From a virus, in IMG/VR virus record IMGVR_UViG_3300046361_000034, positions 19,006-83,005 of that record: DNA of 64,000 nt; one strand, written 5' to 3'. The notes under the pieces were generated by a model. That model did no database searches. It had not been told where the DNA came from and saw only the letters and a list, made by a program, of their open reading frames with translations. Each line of letters begins with the position of its first letter. Position 1 is the first letter of the stretch. This document shows positions 19,601 to 29,400 of the stretch, piece after piece. Position numbers and translations under genes: made by a program.

Positions 19601-20756
19601 TCTTGCAAGTATAAAAGACAAATTAACTCATGATAATACTGAAACTTATTTAGGAGTAGGAGATTTATTTGATAGACAACCTGATGAGATATTTTATAAT
19701 AGTAATAAAGGTTATATTGGTTGTACTAGTAAATTTGCTTCTATAGTATTTAAAGGAGGTTATGTTGTAGGAGATCAAGTTAAAGGTAAAATATTTATTA
19801 TATCAGAAGGAGGTAGTGAAATTTCTGAAGAAGATATGAGTATATGGTTTACAGAAAATTGGTCAACAGCTGAATTAGGTATTTATACTCTTGATAGATT
19901 TGGAAATCAACAAAATGTTGATAACCCTTTTACTCAAATTGGTCATATTATAGGCTATGATGAAAAATATCATAGATTATTATTTACTAAAAAGGCTTAT
20001 ATTATTGATATAGATGCAGTAGAAAATAGTGCTCCTGAAACAGGAGCAATAGGAGTATTTATGGATGGAGTACGAGATGCAAATACTTTAGAACTTATAC
20101 CTTTTACAAATACTGATTATTATAAAGAAATATCTAAAACTATATCATATGATTTAGATAAGAAAAAATGGATATGTGAGCATGATTATTTTCCATCTAC
20201 TTATTTTAATACAAATAAAAATCTCTATAATGCAGTAAATACTAATTCAGATGCTTTGTTATATCAACAAAATAGTTTAACTACCAAAAGATTATTTCAT
20301 TTTGGAATTAAAGCTAAAAGTTATATAGATTTAATCTTTAATAATCGTATAGATATTTCTAAACTATATCAAAATGTTACTTGGAATACAATAGTTACAG
20401 ATAAAAATGGAGAAAATTATTATTTTAAAACTATTGATGCTTTAATGCTTTATACAGATTTTCAATGTACTGGAGAATTAAGTATACCGAGTAATACAAT
20501 TAAGATAAGTAGAAATAATGAAGGTAATTGGGATTTTAATGGTTTTAGAGATTTTGTAGTTAATTCTAATTTGCCTATAGTGAATAACGTTGGTAGTATT
20601 AATGTAAGTAATATTAATATTAATAAAAGTTGGTTTGATAAATCAAATTTTATTCATACCTTTATAGTGGTTCGTATGATTATTAATAATGATACTAATA
20701 ATACTACTTATATTAATGTAGTGAATGTTAAGAGTAGAAATAGTGATAGAACTTAA
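16683..20756 (+). CDS. Tail stabilization / muzzle protein (P22 gp10-like)
   Basis: 1357 aa; N-terminal GM.R...FARN, IRYHRVP and TISYDLDKKKWICEHDYFP motifs; size and synteny match crAss muzzle proteins. Confidence 0.75.
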   Translation: MEEFNGMHRNNIKSKIPTGMWEFARNILMTKGWKSIMDEDGFDLKVTIPGQIIGRIDTNEEVICFSVDGIYSCIGIYTEISGIGQYIPKIRSLYLGFKVDRPIEGVFFYNFKKELIVAFCDGVFADSNVPRLINLTNFPVPLTGLELTNPTDVVKLNLFLDALDADIDVKYINNGTLEADVIYISYSYVSNDSLTSTVFFPIHVATYPTYNFRELNKRNIEVFLTNLDARYSKLRLGLLVVKDSGLFGYQSEVLTYSGTSYNTIISSLTNYTTIATDELVVPKAIYSRVETMTFNNSELLIGHLVGTEAFKFQKYANQLELELTYDIKKASDFTTPMLCPDEVYSITICPQFLNGTYGEEYHIPGVKPYGDNLNVLSSTDIDNLGLNSLNPEVFKKFRIFNTGGFVNNTIPISIPYNPAEFLLRWGYWENQETYPNDNEYNSGVDYDGSTIVGGEDLRSTNIRYHRVPGLNALVTKFPCILGYDNKNEENPFGDPLSKFRGLIPAFGINVTNFNTVVPPAILNQIQGYKLSIVKRKAGDYLVEDINFIKQALAYNASGVTNIDTGVSTVFESTMYTKMPSLAPSTPPYNLYACQFGFSKVRSNTLFSYTPKITPRIIKANYALRDAYGPVSGVVSAENLDYTKEATRGTVGGVSEVSATAIPSFYLVPDAQRFAVVNDIKYVPENNQAAFTLYTETGINLFCHNTLEPLIGTHKYQNNRWNPLGIVGFYDGTDDSGIPGNVSIDAYDSTLKKYDSINISGFKVFSIGLNTTLLNLPINVYAGFNPKDFIVLGKKTINNPNPFINCGDIFTNNLYNVVTTVIIGFQVGNYNFARVKFFKLGIKGGFSVCANSEIYLDKGQKQLANTYEYLDSPPNDIDLLNTFDYKLEVFNKETLRSLNDIFVGVSFSITNIFVSYFPYRIHRSLVVADENLTTTGIRTFLANSYKEMLNDRGAITALRGTNKILFIQQKYSLFLASIKDKLTHDNTETYLGVGDLFDRQPDEIFYNSNKGYIGCTSKFASIVFKGGYVVGDQVKGKIFIISEGGSEISEEDMSIWFTENWSTAELGIYTLDRFGNQQNVDNPFTQIGHIIGYDEKYHRLLFTKKAYIIDIDAVENSAPETGAIGVFMDGVRDANTLELIPFTNTDYYKEISKTISYDLDKKKWICEHDYFPSTYFNTNKNLYNAVNTNSDALLYQQNSLTTKRLFHFGIKAKSYIDLIFNNRIDISKLYQNVTWNTIVTDKNGENYYFKTIDALMLYTDFQCTGELSIPSNTIKISRNNEGNWDFNGFRDFVVNSNLPIVNNVGSINVSNININKSWFDKSNFIHTFIVVRMIINNDTNNTTYINVVNVKSRNSDRT
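20634..20664 (+). promoter_or_regulatory. Possible Bacteroidota sigma70-type promoter for the cargo genes
   Basis: TTTG-N19-TACCTTTA (one mismatch to TAnnTTTG), ~100 bp upstream of 20768 and inside the muzzle gene. Confidence 0.3.
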
Positions 20757-20767
20757 AATTATAGATT

Positions 20768-23092
20768 ATGATACAACCTAAGAAATCTAAACAAATTAAT
20801 GTTCCTAATAAAGAACATCCTAGATATAAAGCCTATGTAGATAGTCTATATCTTTATAATAGAAGTAGATATAATAATACTTTAGCTAAAGATGAAAATC
20901 TTAAATCTATTAATAAATATAATGAACTAAAAAAAATATATGAACCTGAATTAGCAGAAAATGTATTTAAAAGTAAAGCAGATGATTTTACTCCTACTAC
21001 TCCTAATGGTTCTAAAATAAAACCAATAAGTAATATTACTTATACAAGTAAAACAAAAAATTCTTTAATTCCTAAAAGTTTTGCAGGTACTTATAATAAA
21101 GTAAGTGGTAATGAAGGAGTTATTACTTTTAACTTTAAAGCTCCTGAAGAAAAAGTTAATTTAAAATCTAATAGTCCTACTAAACTAATACAAAATAAAA
21201 AACTAATAGGTATTAGTAAAGATAAAATTAATACTAATAAATCTGAAAATATAAATAATTTTAGTAAGAGTAATGATAAAGTAGAATTTATACAAAATAA
21301 TTTAAAACCTCAAGACGTAATAAAAATAAAAAATCCTACTATTAATCCAACAATAATTAGTCCTATAATAAAACCACCAAATAGTTATAAAATTCATGAA
21401 GAGCATGGCAATGGTAACACTACAGATTATGAGGTCAATGATTTAAATAATATTAATACAGATGTTAATAGAACTAGAACAATCACACCTAAGTTTGATT
21501 TAGGTGGTAAACTAAATACTATGAAAACAATTAAAAGATTACCTAAAACTAAAAACTATTATTTTGATGGTGGAGGAGCATTATCAGGAATAGCTGGTGT
21601 GGCAAGTACTGCTGGTCCTTGGGGTGCTGCAGTAGGTGCTGGTCTAGGATTAATACAATCAACAATGGCTGGACAAGATGTTGCTGATGCTAGACAAGAG
21701 CAAGTAGCTAGAATAATGGCAAATCAAGCTGTTGAGGATGCTGCATATTTAAAAACATATAATACTAAAGGTACTAATGATGTTAATTATTATGCTGGTG
21801 GAGGAAACTTAAGACAAGGTTTTCCTAAAGGCAAATATGCAACAATAGGTGGAGATTTAGAATCTTTAAGTTCTAATGCTGAAGTTGCAGAAGGTAATAC
21901 TCATGGAGAAAATAAAATTGATGGTCAATACGGAATTACTTTACATGATGCTCAAGGTAATCCTAAAGCAGAAATAGAAGATGATGAAGTTATTGTAGAT
22001 AACGAAAAAGTATTTAGTGATAGACTTAAATATAATTCTAAAAATACATTTGCTCAAATGGCTAAAAAGATTGCTACTAAAGCAGGTAAACTAGAAGAAA
22101 AATTAGAAGGTATTAAAGATACAAAAGATCGTAATGGTTTAGAAAGAAATCTTGCAGGAATGAAAATGGCACATGAAGTATTGTTTAATAAACAAGAAGA
22201 AGTTAAACAATCAGAAGGTCATAAAGAATTAAAAATGTTAGCTGCTGGTGGATATATTCCTAAAATGGGATATGGTGATTTAATTGATCCTCCTACATAT
22301 AGACCTAATTATAAAAGACGAGTAGGTAATGCAATGTTAGATGAATTATCTGGACCAGGTAGTTTAATTAAGGGTATGGGTAAAATTAAAGATGGTTTAC
22401 CTAATCCTCCTTCTGCATTTTCTGAAATGGCTCCTAGTCTTATTGATAATGCTGCTGGTTTAATTATGGCTAATAACTCTCCTAAAGTTCCTAAACCTAT
22501 TCTAAATAGATATATTCCTATGAAAACTTCCGTAGATGCTACCCCTCAATTAGCTGCTATTGCTAATACAACTAAGACCAATAGAGATGATATATTAGGA
22601 AATACATCTAATAGTTCTATTGCTAGAGCAAATATTGCTTCATCTAATTTAAGAGGTAATGAGCAGAAAATGGGAGTATTAGGTCAAAAAGAAAATATAG
22701 AAACTCAATTAAAAAATCAAGATACAGAAGCTAGAATGAAAAATGCTTCAGAAAATAATAAGTTATCTGATGAATATAATAAAGCTAATTATGAAAGAAG
22801 TACCTCTATTAATAGAGATATAATGAAGAATATTAGTAATATGTCTGCTGATTTTGCTGATTATAAAGAGAAAAAAGATTTAACTAAATTTTATGATGCT
22901 GATAATATGGCTGATTTACTTGATGACCCTACTGGAGAAAAATTAAAAGCTGCTCAAGCTAATCCTTATTTTAATAAATCACCTGAAATGATGGCTGCAT
23001 TAAAAAAAGAATATGCTAGACGTAATCTTCCTGCAAAAAGAAAATTTAATTATAATGGTTCTAACAGTTTTGTACCTTCAACAATTAATTAA
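20768..23092 (+). CDS. Internal virion (ejected cargo) protein 1
   Basis: 774 aa; glycine-zipper TM segment, G.THGE...GI and EIED.EVI...VFSD motifs; directly after the muzzle gene. Confidence 0.65.
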   Translation: MIQPKKSKQINVPNKEHPRYKAYVDSLYLYNRSRYNNTLAKDENLKSINKYNELKKIYEPELAENVFKSKADDFTPTTPNGSKIKPISNITYTSKTKNSLIPKSFAGTYNKVSGNEGVITFNFKAPEEKVNLKSNSPTKLIQNKKLIGISKDKINTNKSENINNFSKSNDKVEFIQNNLKPQDVIKIKNPTINPTIISPIIKPPNSYKIHEEHGNGNTTDYEVNDLNNINTDVNRTRTITPKFDLGGKLNTMKTIKRLPKTKNYYFDGGGALSGIAGVASTAGPWGAAVGAGLGLIQSTMAGQDVADARQEQVARIMANQAVEDAAYLKTYNTKGTNDVNYYAGGGNLRQGFPKGKYATIGGDLESLSSNAEVAEGNTHGENKIDGQYGITLHDAQGNPKAEIEDDEVIVDNEKVFSDRLKYNSKNTFAQMAKKIATKAGKLEEKLEGIKDTKDRNGLERNLAGMKMAHEVLFNKQEEVKQSEGHKELKMLAAGGYIPKMGYGDLIDPPTYRPNYKRRVGNAMLDELSGPGSLIKGMGKIKDGLPNPPSAFSEMAPSLIDNAAGLIMANNSPKVPKPILNRYIPMKTSVDATPQLAAIANTTKTNRDDILGNTSNSSIARANIASSNLRGNEQKMGVLGQKENIETQLKNQDTEARMKNASENNKLSDEYNKANYERSTSINRDIMKNISNMSADFADYKEKKDLTKFYDADNMADLLDDPTGEKLKAAQANPYFNKSPEMMAALKKEYARRNLPAKRKFNYNGSNSFVPSTIN

Positions 23093-23098
23093 AATATT

Positions 23099-26000
23099 AT
23101 GGGAAATTATGGAGATATAGGAGAATTTGTATATAATGAACAACGTTCTAGATTTGTTGCTCCTCCTAATGCTAAATTTCAAGCATTAGGTAAAAAACGA
23201 GAAGCTGATTATGTTCAAACTAAAAATGATGTTAATGCTTTGCAAACAATGATGAGAGCATTACCTAAAGATACTGATCCTGAATTATATAATGAAATAT
23301 TAGCTAAACAAAATCAAGTATTATCTGGAGTAAATGCTGATAATTATGCAGATAAAGTTTTAGATATAGATCAATATTCTTACGATTTTGTAAATAAAGA
23401 TGGTGCATCTGAATTAATGCAGAAACAAAAACAAATTGGTGATGCTTATAAAGTTTATGATGATGCTTATGAAAAGGGTGAAATAGAAGATCCTGCTAAA
23501 GCTGAGTGGCATAAGCAACGTATAATGGCAGAAGCTAAAGCTAATCCTTTAAAGCGTGATGTTAATGGATTTATATCTAAACCTAATATTAAGCCTCATG
23601 CTTTTGTACCTTATGTTAATGGTCAAGAATTAGTTGATAAAACATTAAAAGGATGGGAAGCAGATGGAAGTGTTGTTTTAGATCCTAAAACTGGCAAATA
23701 TAAAGTAAGTGATGAGGTTAGAGGTTACTTAGGTATAACAGATAGAGAAAGTATATCAGAAGCTGAGTTACTTCAAGCTGGTATTAAAACTTTACAAAAT
23801 GATGGTAAATACCAAAGTTATTTAAAAGAAGATGCTCAGTTTAAAACTAGAAATATTGAGCCTAATGCTGAAAATGTAAATGCTATATTAAGTGTTAATG
23901 TTAAAAAAGGATTATTTGGTACAGATAAACCTACTAATGAACAAATTCAAGAATCTATTAATAATGGTAGTTTAAATCCAGTATATGCTATTCAAGAGGC
24001 TTTTAAGAATGAAGAAATGATTAGTAAATCTGTTGTTCCTGCTGCTAAATATGGTTACACTAAAGATAAACTTACTTTATATAAAGATGAGTTATTATTA
24101 GGTGCATTAAAAGCACAACAAGAAACTTATAAAGCACAAGCTAAACAACAAGCTGAATCTAATGTAGTTGTTACAGTAGAGCCTTTTACTTCTCAACAAA
24201 TTATTAATCCTACAAATATTAAAGCACTTGAAACTAATAAACAAAATTTAATAGAGCAACGTAAAAATCTTCAAATTACATTAAGAGCTAATCAACAAGC
24301 ATATAATAAAGGTAATTCTAATATTACTTTAGAAAAATTAGAAGATAATAATAAACAAGTAACTTTATTAGATAGACAGATTGAAGAACATGAACAACAA
24401 CAGAAATCTTTATCTAAAGCTTTACCTGACAGTGCTAAAAAATTAGGTATTAATTTAATTGATGGAAAAGATAGTGTTTATGATAAAAGTTATAAACCTA
24501 GTTATGATATTGTTAAAAAGAAGAATCTTGAGACTTTAAAATCAATGGATTTTGAGGTAGATTTAACTGCTGACATAAAAACTGATAAAAATGGAGTAAA
24601 ATATATAGATGATCCTGAATATACTTCTGGAAAAAGAATTGTTTATGACCCCTCTGTAAAAACTAATCCTGCATATTCTTCTACTGATACTGGTTTACAA
24701 AGAGTAGGAGATAAGTATATTTTAAAAGTTAAAGGTTCTAGTGGTACAATACCTACATTAATGACCTCTTATTTTTTAAAAAATGATGGAACTTTGAAAA
24801 ATAATGTTACATTAAATAATCAAGATGATAAATCTAGATTATATAAAGTTCCTGATAGAGAAGAATTTGGTAAAATGGCTTTACAAGGTTATATTGATGA
24901 TGAAACAAGTAGTAGTTTTGATGTTCCTTACACATATGAGAATACAGGTAAAAATTATAAACTTATGCATACTTCTGCTTTTCTTGATGATATTCAAAAA
25001 GTAAAAGATAGTCAAGGTACAATAGGTTTACCTCTTGTTCAAAGTCTTTCAGATATTATGGTTACTGGTGCAACAGTTAAAGATGCTGAGATGTCTTATG
25101 TTAACTTTGAAAAATCTAAAAATAAATCTTTTAGAGATACACCAAGTCAATATAGTATAGAAACAGTAGATGGTGTTACACCATTAGGAGATTATCTTAA
25201 AGATAAATTTGGTATACCTGCTATAGATGGAAGATACATTGATTGGAAGGCTAGTGATATTAAAACGTTAATACAGACTTCTAGAGAATATGGTCAAAAA
25301 AATGGTATTAATATTGTTTTAACTCCTTACGGTAAAACATTTTTAGATAAGGAAACTGGTGCTGATGAAACTTATGCTAGAGAAAGACAAATTAAATTAG
25401 TAGGTGTCAATACAATTAAAGATACTAGAGAAGAACAAAATGCACTTAAAAATATACTATTTAAATCATATGCTGGTCAAGCAGGAGATGGTTCTGACCA
25501 TGCTACCGATATGAAGAAACAAATGGGTATTATTTATGCTAATAATTCTCCTGAGGGACAAGATTTAAATAGTAAGAATTTATATACTATGAGTGCTGGA
25601 GATGTTAAGCATTGGGATGTTAGAGGAACAGATTATCAAATTACTACTACTTCTAGAGATGCACAACAATCTGATATAATGAATGTAGATTTTCATTTAG
25701 CTACTGTACAAAATGGACAACAAGTTACTTTAGCTAAATCTGAAAGTACAGGAATTACATCATGGGTTCCTACTAAAGATTTAGATGCAAATAAAGATAT
25801 GGCAAGAGTAATATTTGAAAGTCCTGAAGATATTAAAGCTGTTGTTGGTGCTAAGTTACTAGATGAAGATTTTAAAGTTAATAAAGCAACAGTTACTAGA
25901 AATGCTTTTGCTGAGTACTTACAAGTTAACACTGGTTATAAGTCTACTAATAGTGGTTCAGTAATTGAAACATATCAATCTATTCTTACTAGAAATAAAT

Positions 26001-26422
26001 CTTATTATGATGCTGAAAATACAATTAGTATATTAAATAATAAAGGAGAAAAGAAAACATTTGTTTCTAGAGTACCACAAGAAGATTTAGTTGATTTAAG
26101 ACAAACTGCTCCTGGAAATATCGATACAAATGTTCAATATCCTTATGTAAATAAAGATGTAGCACCAAATGTTAATAAGTTTATAGAAGATACTAATGCT
26201 AAGGTTACTGGTGGTTTTAGAGGAAACTCTACCCATAATTTAGCTAAAGCAGGTGAGAATAGTTTACATAAATATGGTTATAGTTTAGATTTTGGTTATA
26301 CTGATGAATTGTTTACAAATGTTAATAATCCTGAATTTTTAAAAGAACATGGTATTGTTAAATTTGAAAAGCATGAAAATCCGTTACATTTACATATAGA
26401 ATTTGCACCTAATAATCCTTAA
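23099..26422 (+). CDS. Internal virion cargo protein 2 with C-terminal M15-like Zn peptidase domain
   Basis: 1107 aa upstream of the vRNAP; C-terminal GGFR...SLHKYGYSLD...HLHIE. Confidence 0.65.
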   Translation: MGNYGDIGEFVYNEQRSRFVAPPNAKFQALGKKREADYVQTKNDVNALQTMMRALPKDTDPELYNEILAKQNQVLSGVNADNYADKVLDIDQYSYDFVNKDGASELMQKQKQIGDAYKVYDDAYEKGEIEDPAKAEWHKQRIMAEAKANPLKRDVNGFISKPNIKPHAFVPYVNGQELVDKTLKGWEADGSVVLDPKTGKYKVSDEVRGYLGITDRESISEAELLQAGIKTLQNDGKYQSYLKEDAQFKTRNIEPNAENVNAILSVNVKKGLFGTDKPTNEQIQESINNGSLNPVYAIQEAFKNEEMISKSVVPAAKYGYTKDKLTLYKDELLLGALKAQQETYKAQAKQQAESNVVVTVEPFTSQQIINPTNIKALETNKQNLIEQRKNLQITLRANQQAYNKGNSNITLEKLEDNNKQVTLLDRQIEEHEQQQKSLSKALPDSAKKLGINLIDGKDSVYDKSYKPSYDIVKKKNLETLKSMDFEVDLTADIKTDKNGVKYIDDPEYTSGKRIVYDPSVKTNPAYSSTDTGLQRVGDKYILKVKGSSGTIPTLMTSYFLKNDGTLKNNVTLNNQDDKSRLYKVPDREEFGKMALQGYIDDETSSSFDVPYTYENTGKNYKLMHTSAFLDDIQKVKDSQGTIGLPLVQSLSDIMVTGATVKDAEMSYVNFEKSKNKSFRDTPSQYSIETVDGVTPLGDYLKDKFGIPAIDGRYIDWKASDIKTLIQTSREYGQKNGINIVLTPYGKTFLDKETGADETYARERQIKLVGVNTIKDTREEQNALKNILFKSYAGQAGDGSDHATDMKKQMGIIYANNSPEGQDLNSKNLYTMSAGDVKHWDVRGTDYQITTTSRDAQQSDIMNVDFHLATVQNGQQVTLAKSESTGITSWVPTKDLDANKDMARVIFESPEDIKAVVGAKLLDEDFKVNKATVTRNAFAEYLQVNTGYKSTNSGSVIETYQSILTRNKSYYDAENTISILNNKGEKKTFVSRVPQEDLVDLRQTAPGNIDTNVQYPYVNKDVAPNVNKFIEDTNAKVTGGFRGNSTHNLAKAGENSLHKYGYSLDFGYTDELFTNVNNPEFLKEHGIVKFEKHENPLHLHIEFAPNNP

Positions 26423-26431
26423 ATAATAAAT

Positions 26432-29400
26432 ATGGCATTAAATCCTAACTTTAGAAAAACTGTATCTAGTAAAGATATAGTTTTACCTCCAGATGCATCA
26501 TCTGAAAATCCTCAACAAACTGTTGGGGATTTAGGCGTTCAAATTGGTTCACCTGTTTCAAGTACTTCTCATCCCTTAGAGGACTTAGGAAGTTTAGTAC
26601 AAGGATATGTAGAAACTGGTAAAGAAAAATTACTTAATCTTAACTTAGATGAGTATGCTCCTTATTTTGGTAATAATATCGGAGCCTTTGGTAGCAAAGA
26701 AGACCTTGATAAAAGTAGAGCTTTTAGACAAGGAAGTGGGGAACAATTTCTTAATGCTGCTGGTAGAGTAGCTATTAACGTTGTTCCTGAAATGGTATCA
26801 CAGCTAGCTAATGCTGCTGACTTTGAAGATTACTTTAATTCAGACCAAGAAGTTGGTAACTGGGTTAGTAATGCTATTAATAAATTTGAAGTAGGAGTAG
26901 ATAAAGCTTTACCTATATACAGAGAAAATCCTGATAAACCTTTAGATATAGGTGATAATGCTTGGTGGTTTGAAAATGGTAGTAGTTTAGTTAAATCTGC
27001 TGCTGCATTTGTTGGTGCAGGTTATCTTACTGGTGCTGCTGCAGGCTCACTATTTACTAAAGGCGGAGAAGCTCTTAAATGGCTTAGTACAATGGGTAAA
27101 GAAAGTCAGTTAGCAGATACAGGTAAACAAATTGCTAATGCTGGTGCAACTCTTGCTAATGCAATGATGTTAAATCAGGCTGAAGGTGTTGGTATAGCAA
27201 CCGATCAATTTCAAAAGAGTTATACTAGGGCATCTAATGACCTTAAAGCATCTGAAGAAGGTAAATCTTTAAGTGATGAAGAAATAGATAATCAAGCTAG
27301 AAAGATTGCTGCACAAGAAGCTACATCTGCACTTAACTTTAATAAGATTAATATTCTGTTAAATTTAACTTCTGCTAATATGTTTATGAAAACTTCTTTA
27401 GGTACTAGAAGTTTATTAAATGCTCCTAGTCTTAAACATGGGTTAATAGAACTCGGTAGAGAAGGTGCTCAAGAATATGGAGAAGAAGTTATTAATGATA
27501 TTTCTCAAAATCAAGCTACTGATAAAGATTATAGTTTTCAGAAAGCTATGGAGTACTCAATGACCGCACAAGGTATCGAAAGCGGGTTACTAGGCTTCAT
27601 TGGAGGTGTCGGACAGACCGCCTTAACCAAAGCTGGAAAGTACCTACCTATATATAGCAATCGTGCCTACAATCAAGCGTATGCAAGTCATTATCAAAGT
27701 ATGAAAAACACAGACTTGACTGATATTGAAAAAGATGCTAAAGCTAAAGAACTTGCATTAAGAGATGTAGGTACTAATAAATCTAGAGTTTCTGATAAGT
27801 TTAATGAATCTAGTAGATATACTCAACAACAAAATGCTCTTAACAGGTGGCAGAATTTAGAAAATTCTGATAAAATTGGAGATATATCTAATGCTTTTTC
27901 TACTACTGATGAAATACTAGCTTTACATAAACAAATTGCTGATGCTCATGCTTCAGGAGATGTTGCTAAAGCTAAATCTTTAGAAGAAAGAACATTTGGT
28001 TTACAAGCTAAACAAGCATTTCAAACTGGAACTACTGATGCATTTGAAAAAACATATAAATCTTTTGCTGCTTTAACACATGAAGAAGCTGAAAAGAAAG
28101 ATATATATACAGAAGGAGATGAAAATACACCTAATTATTATAAAACTAGAGCTAATGAAGCAGTTAAAGATATTCAATCTCTAGAAACTATTTATAATAA
28201 TAGTCAAGCATATTTAAATAGTAATGATGTTTATGATATGGAAGAACATAAACATTATACTAATAAAGCTATTAAGTTAAATTTAGAAAATGTAACTAAA
28301 GAATTTAATAATGCTTTAGAATTATATAAAAATAGACCTGAAACTTTACCTAGTAAAACTAATAGTTTTGTAGATTTAAATAGTCCATCTGGTTATGATT
28401 TAAATAAAACTCAACCTAATTTTAAAAAGACTCCTAGCTATAGAAAGATTAAAGCTATGCTAGAAGCTGATAAAATTTATAGAGATAATATAGGAAATAT
28501 ACAAGAAGTTATAGATTTAACAACTTCTAGTAGTTACCAAGAAAAATTAAAAAATGCTATTAATAATAGTAGAAAAGCAGTAGTTAAAGAAAATAAGTTA
28601 AAACAAGTATTTAAGAAAAGATCTGAAAAGAAAAAAGAAATTAATACTTTAGTTAACACCTTAGCTAAACAAGCAAAAACAGAAGTAAATACTAATAGTG
28701 TAGTAGAAGATGTTAATACTATTAATGATGTTATAGAACCTGGAAAAACTTTGCCTGTAGAGAATATTGAAGAAGAATCTGTTGTTACTCCTAAACAAGA
28801 TGAGGTTAAAAAGTCTTTTCCTAGTAAACCTGTATTTGTTAATGTTCCTTCATTTAATGATGCTACTATAAATAACAAATTTATAGAACTTAAAGGTATA
28901 GCTGAGAATCCTGATATATATTTAGAAGATAGTATTGATTATTTAGAAAAATCTATTGATGCTGTTAGAGTAGCAAAAGACTCTAACGCAATCCCTTCTC
29001 TAGAGGCAAACAATGTAGAGATTGGTTTAAATAGTCTTACAGAAGCTCTTAATGATTTAAAAGCACAAAAAGCACAAGAAGTTGTTAAGGCAGATGTACT
29101 TAAAAGTATAGGGCGTCAATTATTAAATTCTATTAATGGAGAAGAAGATATTGATACAAATAATACCGATTCCCCTTCTAAGCAATTTGATAAAGCAAAA
29201 CAACAAAGAGAAATTAATTTATTAATGGATTATCTTAATGTATTAGATAATACAGGAGTAGATATTACAGATTTCAAACAAGTTGTTAATTCATTTGAAA
29301 ACAGTACTTCTAAAGCAGAAGTTATAAAAGCTTTTACTAAACTTAAAGGTCTTTTTATGGCTTATACTGGTCAAGAAGTTGAGGGTAGTTATGCTGAAAT

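Noticed and set aside
28980-29060. Weaker GC-enriched patches (also ~10440-10520 and ~59670-59760) as additional phased sites
   Set aside because: Fewer CpG and unclear periodicity by eye. Not counted, but if real they would weaken the even-spacing argument and should be included in the computational test.
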